64,000 nt of DNA from Chloropicon primus (lineage: Eukaryota). The stretch's first letter is position 1; each line of letters begins with the position of its first letter. The translations under genes and the position numbers were made by a program. The notes beneath the pieces were generated by a model. The model did not search any database, was not told where the DNA came from, and saw only the letters and a program-made list of their open reading frames with translations. Below, one piece after another: positions 51,701 to 60,960 of this stretch. The stretch lies in assembly GCA_023205875.1 (NCBI GenBank), contig CP060759.1:62001-126000 (forward strand), in the 5' to 3' direction.

Positions 51701-52619
51701 CAACCACATCGGTGGCCAGCGACAAGTCATCCATCTTGCCGTCGACCTCGAAACTCAGCTTGCCAAAATCATCGACAAGCGTGTCCATGACGACCTCGCA
51801 GCGCTTCACGAGCTCCACAGCTTCGTCCTTTTCTCTTCTCAATCGCTTCACTTCGTCTTGCAGGTGCGTGACGTCGTCGACGGCCTCCAACCCGTCCCTG
51901 AAGCTGTTCGAGGCGCTGCCAAAGGGGTTTGGAGGGCTCGCGTCGCTCTTCCTCGGGCTGCCCAACTGCTGCTGCTTCGAGTTCACCGTCACCGAACCCC
52001 CCGCTCCCTTCTCAAGCCCACCCTCCTGGGCGGAGGGAGTGTGCGTCATCGCCGTGTGGTAATTGCTCGTCGAAGCGTCGCTGCCGTAAGACAAGTTGCT
52101 CATCTGGTCCAGGTCCGCACCCGTCAGATTCTTCAACCAGCTCGACTTGACCGTGACCTTGAGAACCGCAACATTGTTCGTGAAGCCTCTGTACTTCAAG
52201 GGAATTTTGAAGCTCTCGCTCCTCGATGACACGTTCTCGCTCGTGGCGTACTTTGCCAGGTCGATCTCCACCTGCCCTATCGTCTGCAAGACTTCCTGCC
52301 CGAGCTCCACATACTTTGCAATGACTTTTATGTCGTAGGCTTTCTCCTCGAAGGTGTACGGAGGCTTGGCGTCCCGATAGAGGGTGACCCCGGGCTGCGA
52401 GAGAGCCTCGTCGAAGAACGCCCTGGACTCTCCGGGATACACCAGTCTCCAGCTCGTGCTCTTCTTCTTCCCCCCGCGAGAGAAGCTCAGGCTGATCTCC
52501 ATCTCCTTGGTGTCCATCACGAGGCCCTCCAGACTGCTCACGAGGACGTCGAAGCGGTACCGCACCGGCTCCTTGGAGGCCATCTTCCTCTCGATTTGGT
52601 TCTTGATCCGCTTCAACAT
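48705..52619 (-). CDS. NT-C2 (EEIG1/EHBP1-type) domain protein with a long repetitive coiled coil
   Basis: VRYRFDVLVSSL..LSFSRG..FDEAL..VTLYRD..FEEKAY..IGQVEIDLAKYA..LKVTVKS, then heptad-rich repeats and C-terminal EAKIELAE. Confidence 0.8.
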   Translation of the reverse strand: MLKRIKNQIERKMASKEPVRYRFDVLVSSLEGLVMDTKEMEISLSFSRGGKKKSTSWRLVYPGESRAFFDEALSQPGVTLYRDAKPPYTFEEKAYDIKVIAKYVELGQEVLQTIGQVEIDLAKYATSENVSSRSESFKIPLKYRGFTNNVAVLKVTVKSSWLKNLTGADLDQMSNLSYGSDASTSNYHTAMTHTPSAQEGGLEKGAGGSVTVNSKQQQLGSPRKSDASPPNPFGSASNSFRDGLEAVDDVTHLQDEVKRLRREKDEAVELVKRCEVVMDTLVDDFGKLSFEVDGKMDDLSLATDVVEKKLESMKRKIGGLHSSKSQLKLLEDTRDETEKKYAGELEKANQQIEFLKQEALISETRVGNLKKAIQEKDTELQKLREEPRGNNEETGSTASKDFESAEEDFEPVQQQAADLAAKNEKLLTKVTALIRELDEVRAEKDEADRTVRELEETVKQEKKQKAELQQAMEEIEEFEGTPSSRRDSASIALLRAQIATLEDERDEATASQAEQASGAQAELQQSIQALEEKVALKNQEAEKSSAKIGDLTSQVATLEEKSSSKEGELAETLLKVAALTATVEALTREKDEATASQAEQASGAQAELQQSIQELEEKVALKNQEAEKSSAKIGELTSQVATLEEKSSSKEGELAETLLKVAALTATIEALTREKDEATASQAEQASGAQAELQQSIQELEEKVASKTKAVEQRNTKIADLTSQIISLEEKSSSKEGELAETLLKVEALTREKDEATASQAEQASGAQAELQQSIQALEEKVALKNQEAEKSSAKIGELTSQVATLEEKSSSKEGELAETLLKVAALTATVEALTREKDEATASQAEQASGAQAELQQSIQELEEKVALKNQEAEKSSAKIGELTSQVATLEEKSSSKEGELAETLLKVAALTATVEALTREKDEATASQAEQASGAQAELQQSIQELEEKVALKNQEAEKSSAKIGELTSQVATLEEKSSSKEGELAETLLKVAALTATVEALTREKDEATASEGQGEQSSEGQTELQQSIQELEEKVASKTKAVEQRNTKIADLTSQIISLEEKSSSKEGELAETLLKVEALTASLEALKRENGAPKEPGAVEAPEETETLTPEEEEELWQSIKDLEEKVALKTQEAVESSAEIAALTSQVTTLEEESSKKGEDLAATVLKVNELTTAVETLTRERDEAMASPAEVSVSSDATKAEGESELAVAKLQARIDELESELQFLRLANEKPKEELEESGKNDFSNIKISEEKPADMDHKKVIQELVNQKIALQEENSFLIGELTEAKIELAELKMG
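49340..51105. repeat. Coding tandem array of about 255-bp (85-aa) units, 7 copies plus a degenerate one
   Basis: Near-identical units DEATASQAEQASGAQAELQQSIQ...EALTREK; the shadow ORFs recur at 255-bp spacing. Confidence 0.95.
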
Positions 52620-52958
52620 GATGGCGCCTTCCCTTCCTCCCGCGACCACCGCCGCCCAGGGATCGCAACTTTTGAGAGGGGGAGGGGGGATGCACCCCCC
52701 GGGTTCAGGTTCATGGAGGCGAGTCCTGCAACGAGGATGGATGGAGAAGGGGACGAAGGGCGAGCCATATAAAAGGAAGGGGAAGGACTTGCATGCTCTC
52801 TCCATTGCTTTCGATGGATCAAGAAATGAATGGATCGGCCGCTTGCTTGCTTTGTAACGCACGCGGCGTCTCTTCCTCTTCTTTCGTGTGGAGGTACAAC
52901 GTCAAGTGAGATACAAAGGAAAGGTTTTCTATCTTTGCCTGTGTGTGTGTGTGCCCAT

Positions 52959-53786
52959 CTACGCGGATTTGGGCTTTCTGCGGCACACCCAAAGCCTCTC
53001 GTGCCCCCCCTCGAACGGCTTCACGGGGAGGACCTTCACAACGTCCCATTCTGCTTCCAGGAGGTCGAAGAGAGACGTCCCGCCGTTCACTCCACCTCGC
53101 CCCTCCCCGACATAGATAAGCACGTCCCCCCGATAGTGCCTCAAGCAGCGCTCCAGCAGTTTCCCTTCGGGGTACACCACGAGGAGGGTCCGATCCTGCA
53201 GGAGCCAACTGTCCAGCACCCGCTCGTCGCCTCGATGGACTTGGCCCTTTCTGGCGGAGGAGCGAGGCCTGGAGGACAAGTTGTCATAAGCGACGATATC
53301 GACGCCGGAGCGCCGGAGCTCGGCTTCCCATTGTCCCCAACCTGCCCCGAGCTCCACAATTGGCGAGTTCTCCTTGATCAAGGCGAGGGCCTCCTCAGTC
53401 CAACCCGTGCAGCCATACACGCTGGTGAATTCCGCGCGCCGTGCTTGCGCGTCCTCGGATCCCCAGGTCAGCTCCGCTGTCTCCCTCTGGACCCTCTTGA
53501 CGAGCTCCGTGTACTCCCTGCGCGCGCTCTCGCACCGCTTCCCCTCGCTTTCCGCCGCTGAAGCACCGCACTTGGCCACCGTCTGGCGAAGGCCCTGAAG
53601 CACTGGACCAACCTTCTTGACGTAAGACCGAAGATGGTCCTCCTTCTCCCTCCTTTGCGCGATTGCCGCGGTGAGCTCCGGGTACGTGAAGGGCGACGAG
53701 GTCGTCGGAGCGTCGCAAACCACCGGGGGCATGCTTCCCGTCGCCACCACGCAAGTCAATGCCCTGGCCACGACCTGCCTCATCAT
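52959..53786 (-). CDS. Class I SAM-dependent methyltransferase-like protein
   Basis: PIVELGAGWGQW..GVDIVAYD (motifs I/II), TLLVVYP, YRGDVLIYVGE. Likely start MMRQVV. Confidence 0.75.
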   Translation of the reverse strand: MMRQVVARALTCVVATGSMPPVVCDAPTTSSPFTYPELTAAIAQRREKEDHLRSYVKKVGPVLQGLRQTVAKCGASAAESEGKRCESARREYTELVKRVQRETAELTWGSEDAQARRAEFTSVYGCTGWTEEALALIKENSPIVELGAGWGQWEAELRRSGVDIVAYDNLSSRPRSSARKGQVHRGDERVLDSWLLQDRTLLVVYPEGKLLERCLRHYRGDVLIYVGEGRGGVNGGTSLFDLLEAEWDVVKVLPVKPFEGGHERLWVCRRKPKSA

Positions 53787-53966
53787 TTCTCGCAACAGGC
53801 CACGGTCGTCGCGCACGGAAAGGAACGGAAGCAAGCAGGCAAGCAGTCGTCCTCTTACGTCATTGGAATCGATTGGCGCCTCCTCCTGTTCGGCGTACCC
53901 CTCGCCCTCGTCCTGCCTCCATTCTTCCTTCCCTCTCTCGACGACGACAGCCAAAGCGAAAGTGAC

Positions 53967-54016
<50 letters not shown>

Positions 54017-54090
54017 AGAGAGAGAGAGAGGGAGGGAGGGAGGGAGGGAGGCACAGGCCTGTCGGTGGATTGAGTGGGTGATGGAGTGGA

Positions 54091-54997
54091 TTACAGTGAC
54101 TTTTTGAGGTGCTGCAAGGTCTCTTGCGGAAGGTGATCCAGGAGCGCCTTGAGAGCGAGCATTTCCTGCTGCTGCTTCTCCTGGACCAGCTGCTGCAGGA
54201 AGTCTGATAAGTTAGGCTGTGCTGGGATCGGGGGGCCCGAGGGGGCAGTGAGCTGGGGCATCGAGGTGCTCTCGATGTCCTCCGTCTTCTCCCTCGCAGG
54301 CCTCGCGCTGGATCTCGCCTTGTACTTTCCGACCTTGGACTTGATCAGATTCAATTGCTCGGTCACTTTCGGGTCGGGCTCCGTGTGGTCGAAGAGCCAC
54401 CGGTGCTGCATCAGGTGCTTCCACACCGTCATGAACTCGTCCAGGTTGCTCCTGTCCTGGACCTCCCTGAGCAGGAACTCCAGGACGGGGGACCTCGCGT
54501 ACTTGCTCGCCGGCCTGTTCGTGGCCGCCGCGCTCCCCGCGAAGAAGATCTGCCCGACGTCGAACGCGTGGATGCTCGTCTCCAGGGAGTTGAAGCACCC
54601 CAAGTGGACCCTCCTCCCCTTCTCCACCTTCTTTCTCCGCTTCTTCCCCGTCGTCGTCGTCGCCGGACTGCTGCGCAGAGAGACGCCGAGTGGAAACGAA
54701 ACGCGCGGAAGGAAAAGGAAAGAAAAAGAAAAGAGAGGCGATGAAGGAGTCAGCGCACCGAGCGGAGCCGCGCGGGGAGAGAGACAGAGAAGAAAAAAGT
54801 GGTGGAGAGCGGTTTAGAGCCCCGCGCGCGCGTTACCTTTCCCCCTCGCCGCCGACCTGGCCCCTCTTGATCCAGATGCGAACCTGGTAGCGCGAGACGC
54901 CCTCCTTCGCCGTGCGCATCTTGTACACGCCTCGCACGCCTTGCGGCACCTCCATCCCCTCCTCGGTCTCCGACGCCGTGCGACCCTCCTCCACCAT
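54091..54997 (-). CDS. AP2/ERF-domain transcription factor; exons 54997-54837, 54670-54091
   Basis: Spliced: VRGVYKM..RYQVRIWI..[insert]..RRVHLGCFNSLETSIHAFD..AATNRPASKY; Q-rich C-terminus. Confidence 0.75.
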
Positions 54998-55332
54998 CTC
55001 GTCGCTCGTCCCACAACCGTTACGTCCGTTCACAAACAACCAACCAAACAAAAAAGAAGAAAAAAAAACGCGACGCCGACGCCGACGCGAGACGCACCAA
55101 TCGACGCGACCCGCTTTCCCTCTCTCTCCCGTCCCGCTCTCTCTCCCGTCAAAGGCACCCTCTTCTCCCCTACCAAGCGCGCTCGATCATTGGCCCGCCG
55201 CCAGTGGTCCCACACCGACCGCTCAATTATTTGAAACTTTAAAGCCGGTATCGAATTTAACGCCCGAGCACAGCCTGCTCGCTCGAGTACTCGGCCATTG
55301 TGAGGAGCAATGGCGGACGGGAGGCAGAGGAA

Positions 55333-55359
55333 GGGTTAGGGTTAGGGCTAGGGCTAGGG
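55333..55359 (+). repeat. Telomere-like G-tract repeat GGG(TTAGGG)2(CTAGGG)2
   Basis: Five GGG runs with 3-nt loops. Confidence 0.8.
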
Positions 55360-55432
55360 AACGCTTTCTTCCTTTGCTTCATTCTTTCTTCTTTTCTTTT
55401 CTTTTCTTTTTCTTCGGCTGCTTGTACCGACG

Positions 55433-58123
55433 ATGGCGAGGTCGAGGTCGAGGGACTCGGTGGCCTGGCTTGGGCTGGTGGTGGTGCTCTGTGTGGGGAC
55501 GGCCTCTGTGTGGGGATCGCCTCGACCCCTGGTCGACTCCAGCATGACGACGTCGTCCTCGCCGCCTGCCCGCGGGCCCGCGAGCTGGAGGGTGCGGGGG
55601 CAGATGGAGGTCCTCGTCGACGCCGTGGTGCTGGAGAGGGTGGACAGGCAGAGGCTGCTGGCCGAGGACGAGGAGACGCAGAACCTCCTGATCGCCTCGG
55701 AGGAGGAGTTGAACGGAACCGGGGAGGCCTACACCAACAGGAAGCACCCGTACAGGTGGGGCACGGCCCCCGAGACCTCGTCCTTCTCCGGGATCTCCAT
55801 GCGGTACAACGGGAACTGGACGAAGATCGGGTCGGGCGACGACGAGTGGGTGTGGCGCCTCAAGGTGACGAGCCCGGGCGCGATCTCGCAGCAGCTCATC
55901 TTCAGCACCCTGTGGCTCCCCGCGGGGAGCGAGCTGTGGGTCTACTCCCAGGAGTCCGAGGAGACCATGGCGTGCGGGGCGGACTGCCACCTCTTCACGG
56001 CGGGCGACACGAGGATCGACGAGAAGTTCACGACCCCCATCGTGCACGGCAGCGACCTTTACTTGGAGTACCACATGAAGCTCCCGGTGGTGAGGAGGGA
56101 CACCATCGTGCCCAGGGTTCACATCTTTAAGGTGGTCCAGGGGTACCGAGACGTCCTGCGCGAGGCGCCTGGGGATCGCGACGCCCCGGTGGCCGCCAAG
56201 GGCCTCGACGAGATCTACAACCAAGGCCTGTCGCAGAGCTGCAACAACGACGCGACGTGCCCCCTGGTGGGCGACGAGTGGGAGAAGGCGAGGCGGTCGG
56301 TGGTTCAGATCATCACGGACGGCGGGAGCAACGGGAACCAGTTCAGCGCGGTGTGCACGGGAACGCTGATCAACAACCCCGGGAAGAGGAATTACGTGAT
56401 CACGGCGTACCACTGCCTCGAGGGGGAGAGCGTGTCCAACTGGGCCTTTGTGTTCAACTACGAGAAGGAGTGCGACAGGCAGTCCTTTCAGAACTCCAAG
56501 TTCAGCGACTTTCTGAACGGGGCGAGGCTGGTTTGGGCCGACAAGGCCACGGACACCATCCTGCTCGAGATCTACCAGGACATTCCCAGCCGTTACAACG
56601 CCTACTTCTCCGGCTGGGACGCTAGGAGCTTTGACTTGCTGGACCCCTTCACGGTCTCCTTCCACCACCCGAACGGCGACTTCAAGAAAGTTTCGGTGGA
56701 CACCAACGCCAAGGCCGAGGGGACCTGCCCGTTCTGCGGCAACCTTAGGAAGTCCCACATCGTGGTCACCGGGTGGGACGACGGCACCACGGAGAGGGGG
56801 TCTTCGGGCTGCTCCCTGTTCAACTCGGACCAGAGCATCGTGGGCGTCCTCTCGGGGGGCTCTGCTTCCTGCCCGGACAACTCCGGGTTTGACTTGTTTG
56901 GCAAAATGGAGGTGGCTTACGAGCACGGGCTCGTGGAGCACATCGCCAACCCGGGCCAGCTCAGCATGGGGGGGAGGTGGAACGCAGACCCGAGGTCCGC
57001 CCTCGCCTTCGAGCCGGAGACCTTGGTCGTGGTGGAGGGCGGGCCAGAGGCGTCGTTGGACGTGTGGCTCAATGCCCCCGTGGACCAGGGAGACCTGGTC
57101 ACGGTTTCCGTGAACCTCTCTGAGGGAGACGACAAGTGGGTGGAGGTGCTGCATCCCAGGGAGCTCACCTTTGACTCTTCCGACTGGAGCGAGGCCAAGC
57201 AGATCACAATCAAGCCGAGGGACAATGCGGACTTCGACGGGGACGTCAAGTACTACGTCAGGCTCCACGCTCGCCACAAGTCTGGCAAGGACGCTTACAT
57301 CTCTGACTTTCCCGTCGTTCAGCAGGACGACGAGCACATCACGGGCGACACGCTTTTCGATCCGATCGAAATCAACGATTTGCCCTTCAGCTTCATGGGG
57401 GACACCGGCATGGGTTACACCAACACCCTCCAGTCTCGGTGCGAGCTCGGGAGCGCCTCCCCCGACATCGTGTTCGAGTACACCCCCCGCAGGGACACTC
57501 ACATGAGTGTGAGTCTTTGTGCCCTGCCAATGTTCGACTCGACTCTGTACATCCTGGAGAATGGCCGGGAGAGGTGGTGCAACGACGACGGTGAGGACAG
57601 CTGCGGCGAGTCTGCCCAGCTGAACAACGTGGTCTTCAAGAGGGACCACACGTACCACATCGTGGTCGATGGGTACAACGGGGCGAGGGGGAGGTTCCAG
57701 CTGGACGTCCGCGAGCTCCCCCAGTTCGTGAACTCCTTCTCCGCCGCTGGAGCTGACGGCGCTTCCCCGATTCCGATGGACACTTACGTCCCGGCAGACA
57801 CGTACACCAAGGCAGATACCCAGGGATCCGACGCCCAGGGATCGGGGGTCGCCCTCAGCGCAGCCGGGATGCTCCCGATCGCCTCTCTCGCCGGCAACAA
57901 GGCCCCCGAGAGCGATTCCTACGTTACAGGCGGCTTTCGGAGCCAGCAAGACATCTTGCGGAGCGGGAGGGAGCACGTCAGCGCCGTGACGAGGTTCTTC
58001 AGCACCTTGGAGTCCTCCCAAAAGGAAAAGGAAGCCGCGCGACAAGATTCGTTCTCCCTCACCACCACGAGGAACGTCCTTGACCTCCTCGCTCTGCTAG
58101 CCGCTGTCATTCTATACTTCTGA
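55433..58123 (+). CDS. Secreted/anchored trypsin-fold serine protease, lysyl endopeptidase (Achromobacter protease I)-like
   Basis: Signal peptide; prodomain WRLKVTSPGAIS; CTGTLINN, TAYHC (His), DTILL (Asp), FSGWD, HHPNGDFKKVS, TERGSSG (Ser); beta-rich accessory domains; hydrophobic C-tail. Confidence 0.88.
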   Translation: MARSRSRDSVAWLGLVVVLCVGTASVWGSPRPLVDSSMTTSSSPPARGPASWRVRGQMEVLVDAVVLERVDRQRLLAEDEETQNLLIASEEELNGTGEAYTNRKHPYRWGTAPETSSFSGISMRYNGNWTKIGSGDDEWVWRLKVTSPGAISQQLIFSTLWLPAGSELWVYSQESEETMACGADCHLFTAGDTRIDEKFTTPIVHGSDLYLEYHMKLPVVRRDTIVPRVHIFKVVQGYRDVLREAPGDRDAPVAAKGLDEIYNQGLSQSCNNDATCPLVGDEWEKARRSVVQIITDGGSNGNQFSAVCTGTLINNPGKRNYVITAYHCLEGESVSNWAFVFNYEKECDRQSFQNSKFSDFLNGARLVWADKATDTILLEIYQDIPSRYNAYFSGWDARSFDLLDPFTVSFHHPNGDFKKVSVDTNAKAEGTCPFCGNLRKSHIVVTGWDDGTTERGSSGCSLFNSDQSIVGVLSGGSASCPDNSGFDLFGKMEVAYEHGLVEHIANPGQLSMGGRWNADPRSALAFEPETLVVVEGGPEASLDVWLNAPVDQGDLVTVSVNLSEGDDKWVEVLHPRELTFDSSDWSEAKQITIKPRDNADFDGDVKYYVRLHARHKSGKDAYISDFPVVQQDDEHITGDTLFDPIEINDLPFSFMGDTGMGYTNTLQSRCELGSASPDIVFEYTPRRDTHMSVSLCALPMFDSTLYILENGRERWCNDDGEDSCGESAQLNNVVFKRDHTYHIVVDGYNGARGRFQLDVRELPQFVNSFSAAGADGASPIPMDTYVPADTYTKADTQGSDAQGSGVALSAAGMLPIASLAGNKAPESDSYVTGGFRSQQDILRSGREHVSAVTRFFSTLESSQKEKEAARQDSFSLTTTRNVLDLLALLAAVILYF

Positions 58124-58383
58124 AAGAAAGGAAAAAAGAAAAGGTGGGACTTTATTATTATTTATTATGATTTTATTAAAAGTGGTTGGGTGTGGATCCA
58201 TTCATCCATCCATTCATTCATTTCTCTCAAGCAAGGCGCTTCCTTTCTTTCTTACCCCTCGTCCCCTTCATCCATCCATCGCCATTCCTCCTCCCCTCAT
58301 GAACTGGGCTCTCTGACAAAATTAAGACAGAGAGAGAGAGAGAGAGAGAGAGGAGAGACAAAGGGAAAGGGAAAGGGAGAGGT

Positions 58384-58729
58384 ATGACGCAAGGGTATTT
58401 TCCTTCGCCGCCGAGCGCAGAAGAGGCCAAGACCAACCCCGTGGCCTTGCTGGAACTCAGGGAACACCTCTCGAGGGAGAAGTTGGTCAAGATAGAAGAG
58501 CAAAAACTCGTACGCGAGGAGCTCAAGCTGTGCTACAGGAGGGAGGGCGTCAACCACATTTCAAAGTGCAAGGACGTAAGTGCCGGACCCCGCGATACGA
58601 GCTTCGGTCCCGTCGCCATGCCGCTGACCTCGCTGACTCCGTTTCCTTCTTCCCGTTCCCCCCTCGCAGTTGGCGCTCGAGTACATTAAGCTCATGAAGG
58701 AAAACAAGGCCGCAGTGAACCTGAATTAG
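58384..58729 (+). CDS. NDUFB10: Complex I subunit NDUFB10 (PDSW); exons 58384-58575, 58670-58729
   Basis: NPVALLELREH..REKLVKIE..LKLCYRREGVNHISKCKD|LALEYIK. Confidence 0.9.
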
Positions 58730-59057
58730 GGTTCCGCCATTGCATTGGTTCGGGTTTAAGTGGCAGGTGCTGGCGGGGAAGCGAAGAGCGTCGCACGAGC
58801 GTGCGTGCGTGCGTGCGTGCGACAGGACTGGCCTGATCGTCCTGACCTAATTCGTCCTGGCCTGGTGATGGTCCTGGCCTGGTGTTCTTTGGCGGCCAAA
58901 CTCTGCGCCTTCCATTTAATATAAAAACAATATACAACAAAGAGTTTCCAAATAATTATCTATCCAGGAAATGAATGTTGTGCTCCCCTATCGGTCTGTT
59001 TCTCTTCTTTCTATGTTGTTGAGGTAACTCATCCTCATTTAGTCTTCTCGAGGAAGT

Positions 59058-60299
59058 TTAGAGCTCGTCGTGCTCCACCTCGTCGTCGTCCTCGTCGTCC
59101 TCGTCGTCTTCGACTGGGATCTCGGACTTCGCCTGCTCCTCCTCGAACCTGGCCTTGGCCTCAGCCTCCTCTGCAGCCTTGGTGTCATCGAAGAGCTTCT
59201 TCTCGATGTCCTTCATGGCTCCCCAGGTCTCCTGGGCGAACTGCTTGGCGTACTCGACGTCGTCGGTCACGAGGATGTTGTCGAAAATGGTGCCACTCTT
59301 GACCTGCCACAACTCGAAGCCGATGTACTTCAAGTCAGTGTACCTGTAGAGCTCGTCTCCGCTTCCGTCGACGTAGTCTGGGTTCTTGATCATGGGGGCC
59401 TCCCACTTTCCCTTGTACTCGGGGTTGTCCATAAGCTTCTGGGTCCACTCTCCCTTGTACTCAGGGTTCTTCATCATTGGCCTCTCCCACTCTCCGTCTT
59501 CCTCCTCGTCCCAGTCCTCTGGAAGCTCGGCCTTGTCGTCAGGGATCATCTCTGGCACGTCCCAGTCCTCTGGCTTGACGTCCTCTGGGTCAGGGATCTT
59601 CTCCCTCTCGTCCCAGTCCTCTGGCTTGGTGGCCTCGGGGTCGTGGATCTCCTTGGGTGGCAAGAACGCCCAGTCCTCCTCGAGCTCTCCCTTGGCGACC
59701 TCCTCCAAGTCCAAAAGAACCTCGTAGGTGTTGTCGGGGTGGACGATCAGGGTGTAAACGTGCGTGAGCTCGTCCGTGGCTACCCTCGTGAGCTTGTTCG
59801 TTCGGAGCTGGTTCACACCGTCCTTGTCCGTGAAGATCACATGCGTGTGCTTGGTTCCTCCGCAAATGTCAGGCCCGAACATGATGGAATAAGGCGTCTC
59901 CCCGGAGAAGTCAGCGATCTTGTCGGCGCTGCTCGCGGGGACCAGCTTGACGTATCCGCCACCGCAGTCGATCTTCTGCTCGTGCTTGACGCTGAACTGG
60001 AACACGAGATCCTTTCCAGTGTTGTCGAAGGTCTCCTTCATCTCCGCGGTCATGGCGTAAAACCTCGCGTCAGGAGTCGTCTGAATTCCGGCGTCCTTCT
60101 CCGGGTCGCTGAAGTACTTGCCGGCGCTTCTCACGAACTTGCCGTCCGCCCCTTCGGCGGTCTTCCAAGTGGACTTCACCCAATTCTTCTCCCAGTCCGC
60201 AGGGAAGGTCTCCTCGAAGTACACCTTCGCCTCCACGCAGCTCAGAATGCTAAGCGTCGCCAGGGCCAGCGCCGCGCAGCCCAATCCCTTCGTCCACAC

Positions 60300-60302
<3 letters not shown>
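59058..60302 (-). CDS. CRT: Calreticulin
   Basis: Signal peptide, KHEQKIDCGGGYVK, IMFGPDICG, P-domain KPEDWD repeats, ELWQVKSGTIFDN, C-terminal HDEL. Confidence 0.97.
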
Positions 60303-60334
<32 letters not shown>

Positions 60335-60420
60335 AACCTCTCCCTTCTCGTTCTTCTTCGCTCGGCGGCGTCGGCGTTCTCGATCCCCCGGGGGGAAAAG
60401 AAAGATTTTTTTCGCAGAAC

Positions 60421-60499
60421 CCTCGCTCTCCTCAGATCAAGAGGATGGAGGGCGGAGGGGGCAAGCAGAGGAGGGAGGGAGGGAACATCCAGATGTCGA

Positions 60500-60531
<32 letters not shown>

Positions 60532-60651
60532 TCTGTCTGTCTGTCTGTCTGTGCAGTGGGTTGGGATGCCCTCGCTCCTCAGATCAAGAGGATGGAGGGC
60601 GGGCGAGGGGGCAAGCAGAGGAGGGAGGGAGGGAGGGAACATCCAGATGTC

Positions 60652-60691
<40 letters not shown>

Positions 60692-60729
60692 GCACTCTGT
60701 CTGTCTGTCTGTGCAGTGGGTTGGGATGC
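60421..60729. repeat. Tandem duplication of about 150 bp (60421-60569, 60570-60729)
   Basis: Two copies of CTCAGATCAAGAGGATGGAGGGC...GTGCAGTGGGTTGGGATGC, differing mainly in microsatellite lengths. Confidence 0.92.
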
Positions 60730-60960
60730 TGTTCTAGAAAGGATGATGTCTTGGGGCTCGGCAACAGCGTGGGGAACGGTTTGACAATTTGGATATATTG
60801 AGAAAAATCGGTCGTCGTCGTCGGTTACGCTCATAGTAATGTTACAGAATCGTTGTACAAAGGAGGAACAAGGTGGCGTGGCCCCCGCTCGAGAGACTAC
60901 CCCTCACTCACTCACTCACTCACTCACTCACTCTCGCTCGTTCCCCATCCATTCATTCCT

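Noticed and set aside
55379..58045. 888-aa antisense ORF and similar long shadow ORFs (26092-27561, 59070-60335, 22279-23310, 60853-62052)
   Set aside because: They lie opposite well-supported genes. Strong GC3 bias removes antisense stops, and the translations have no motifs.
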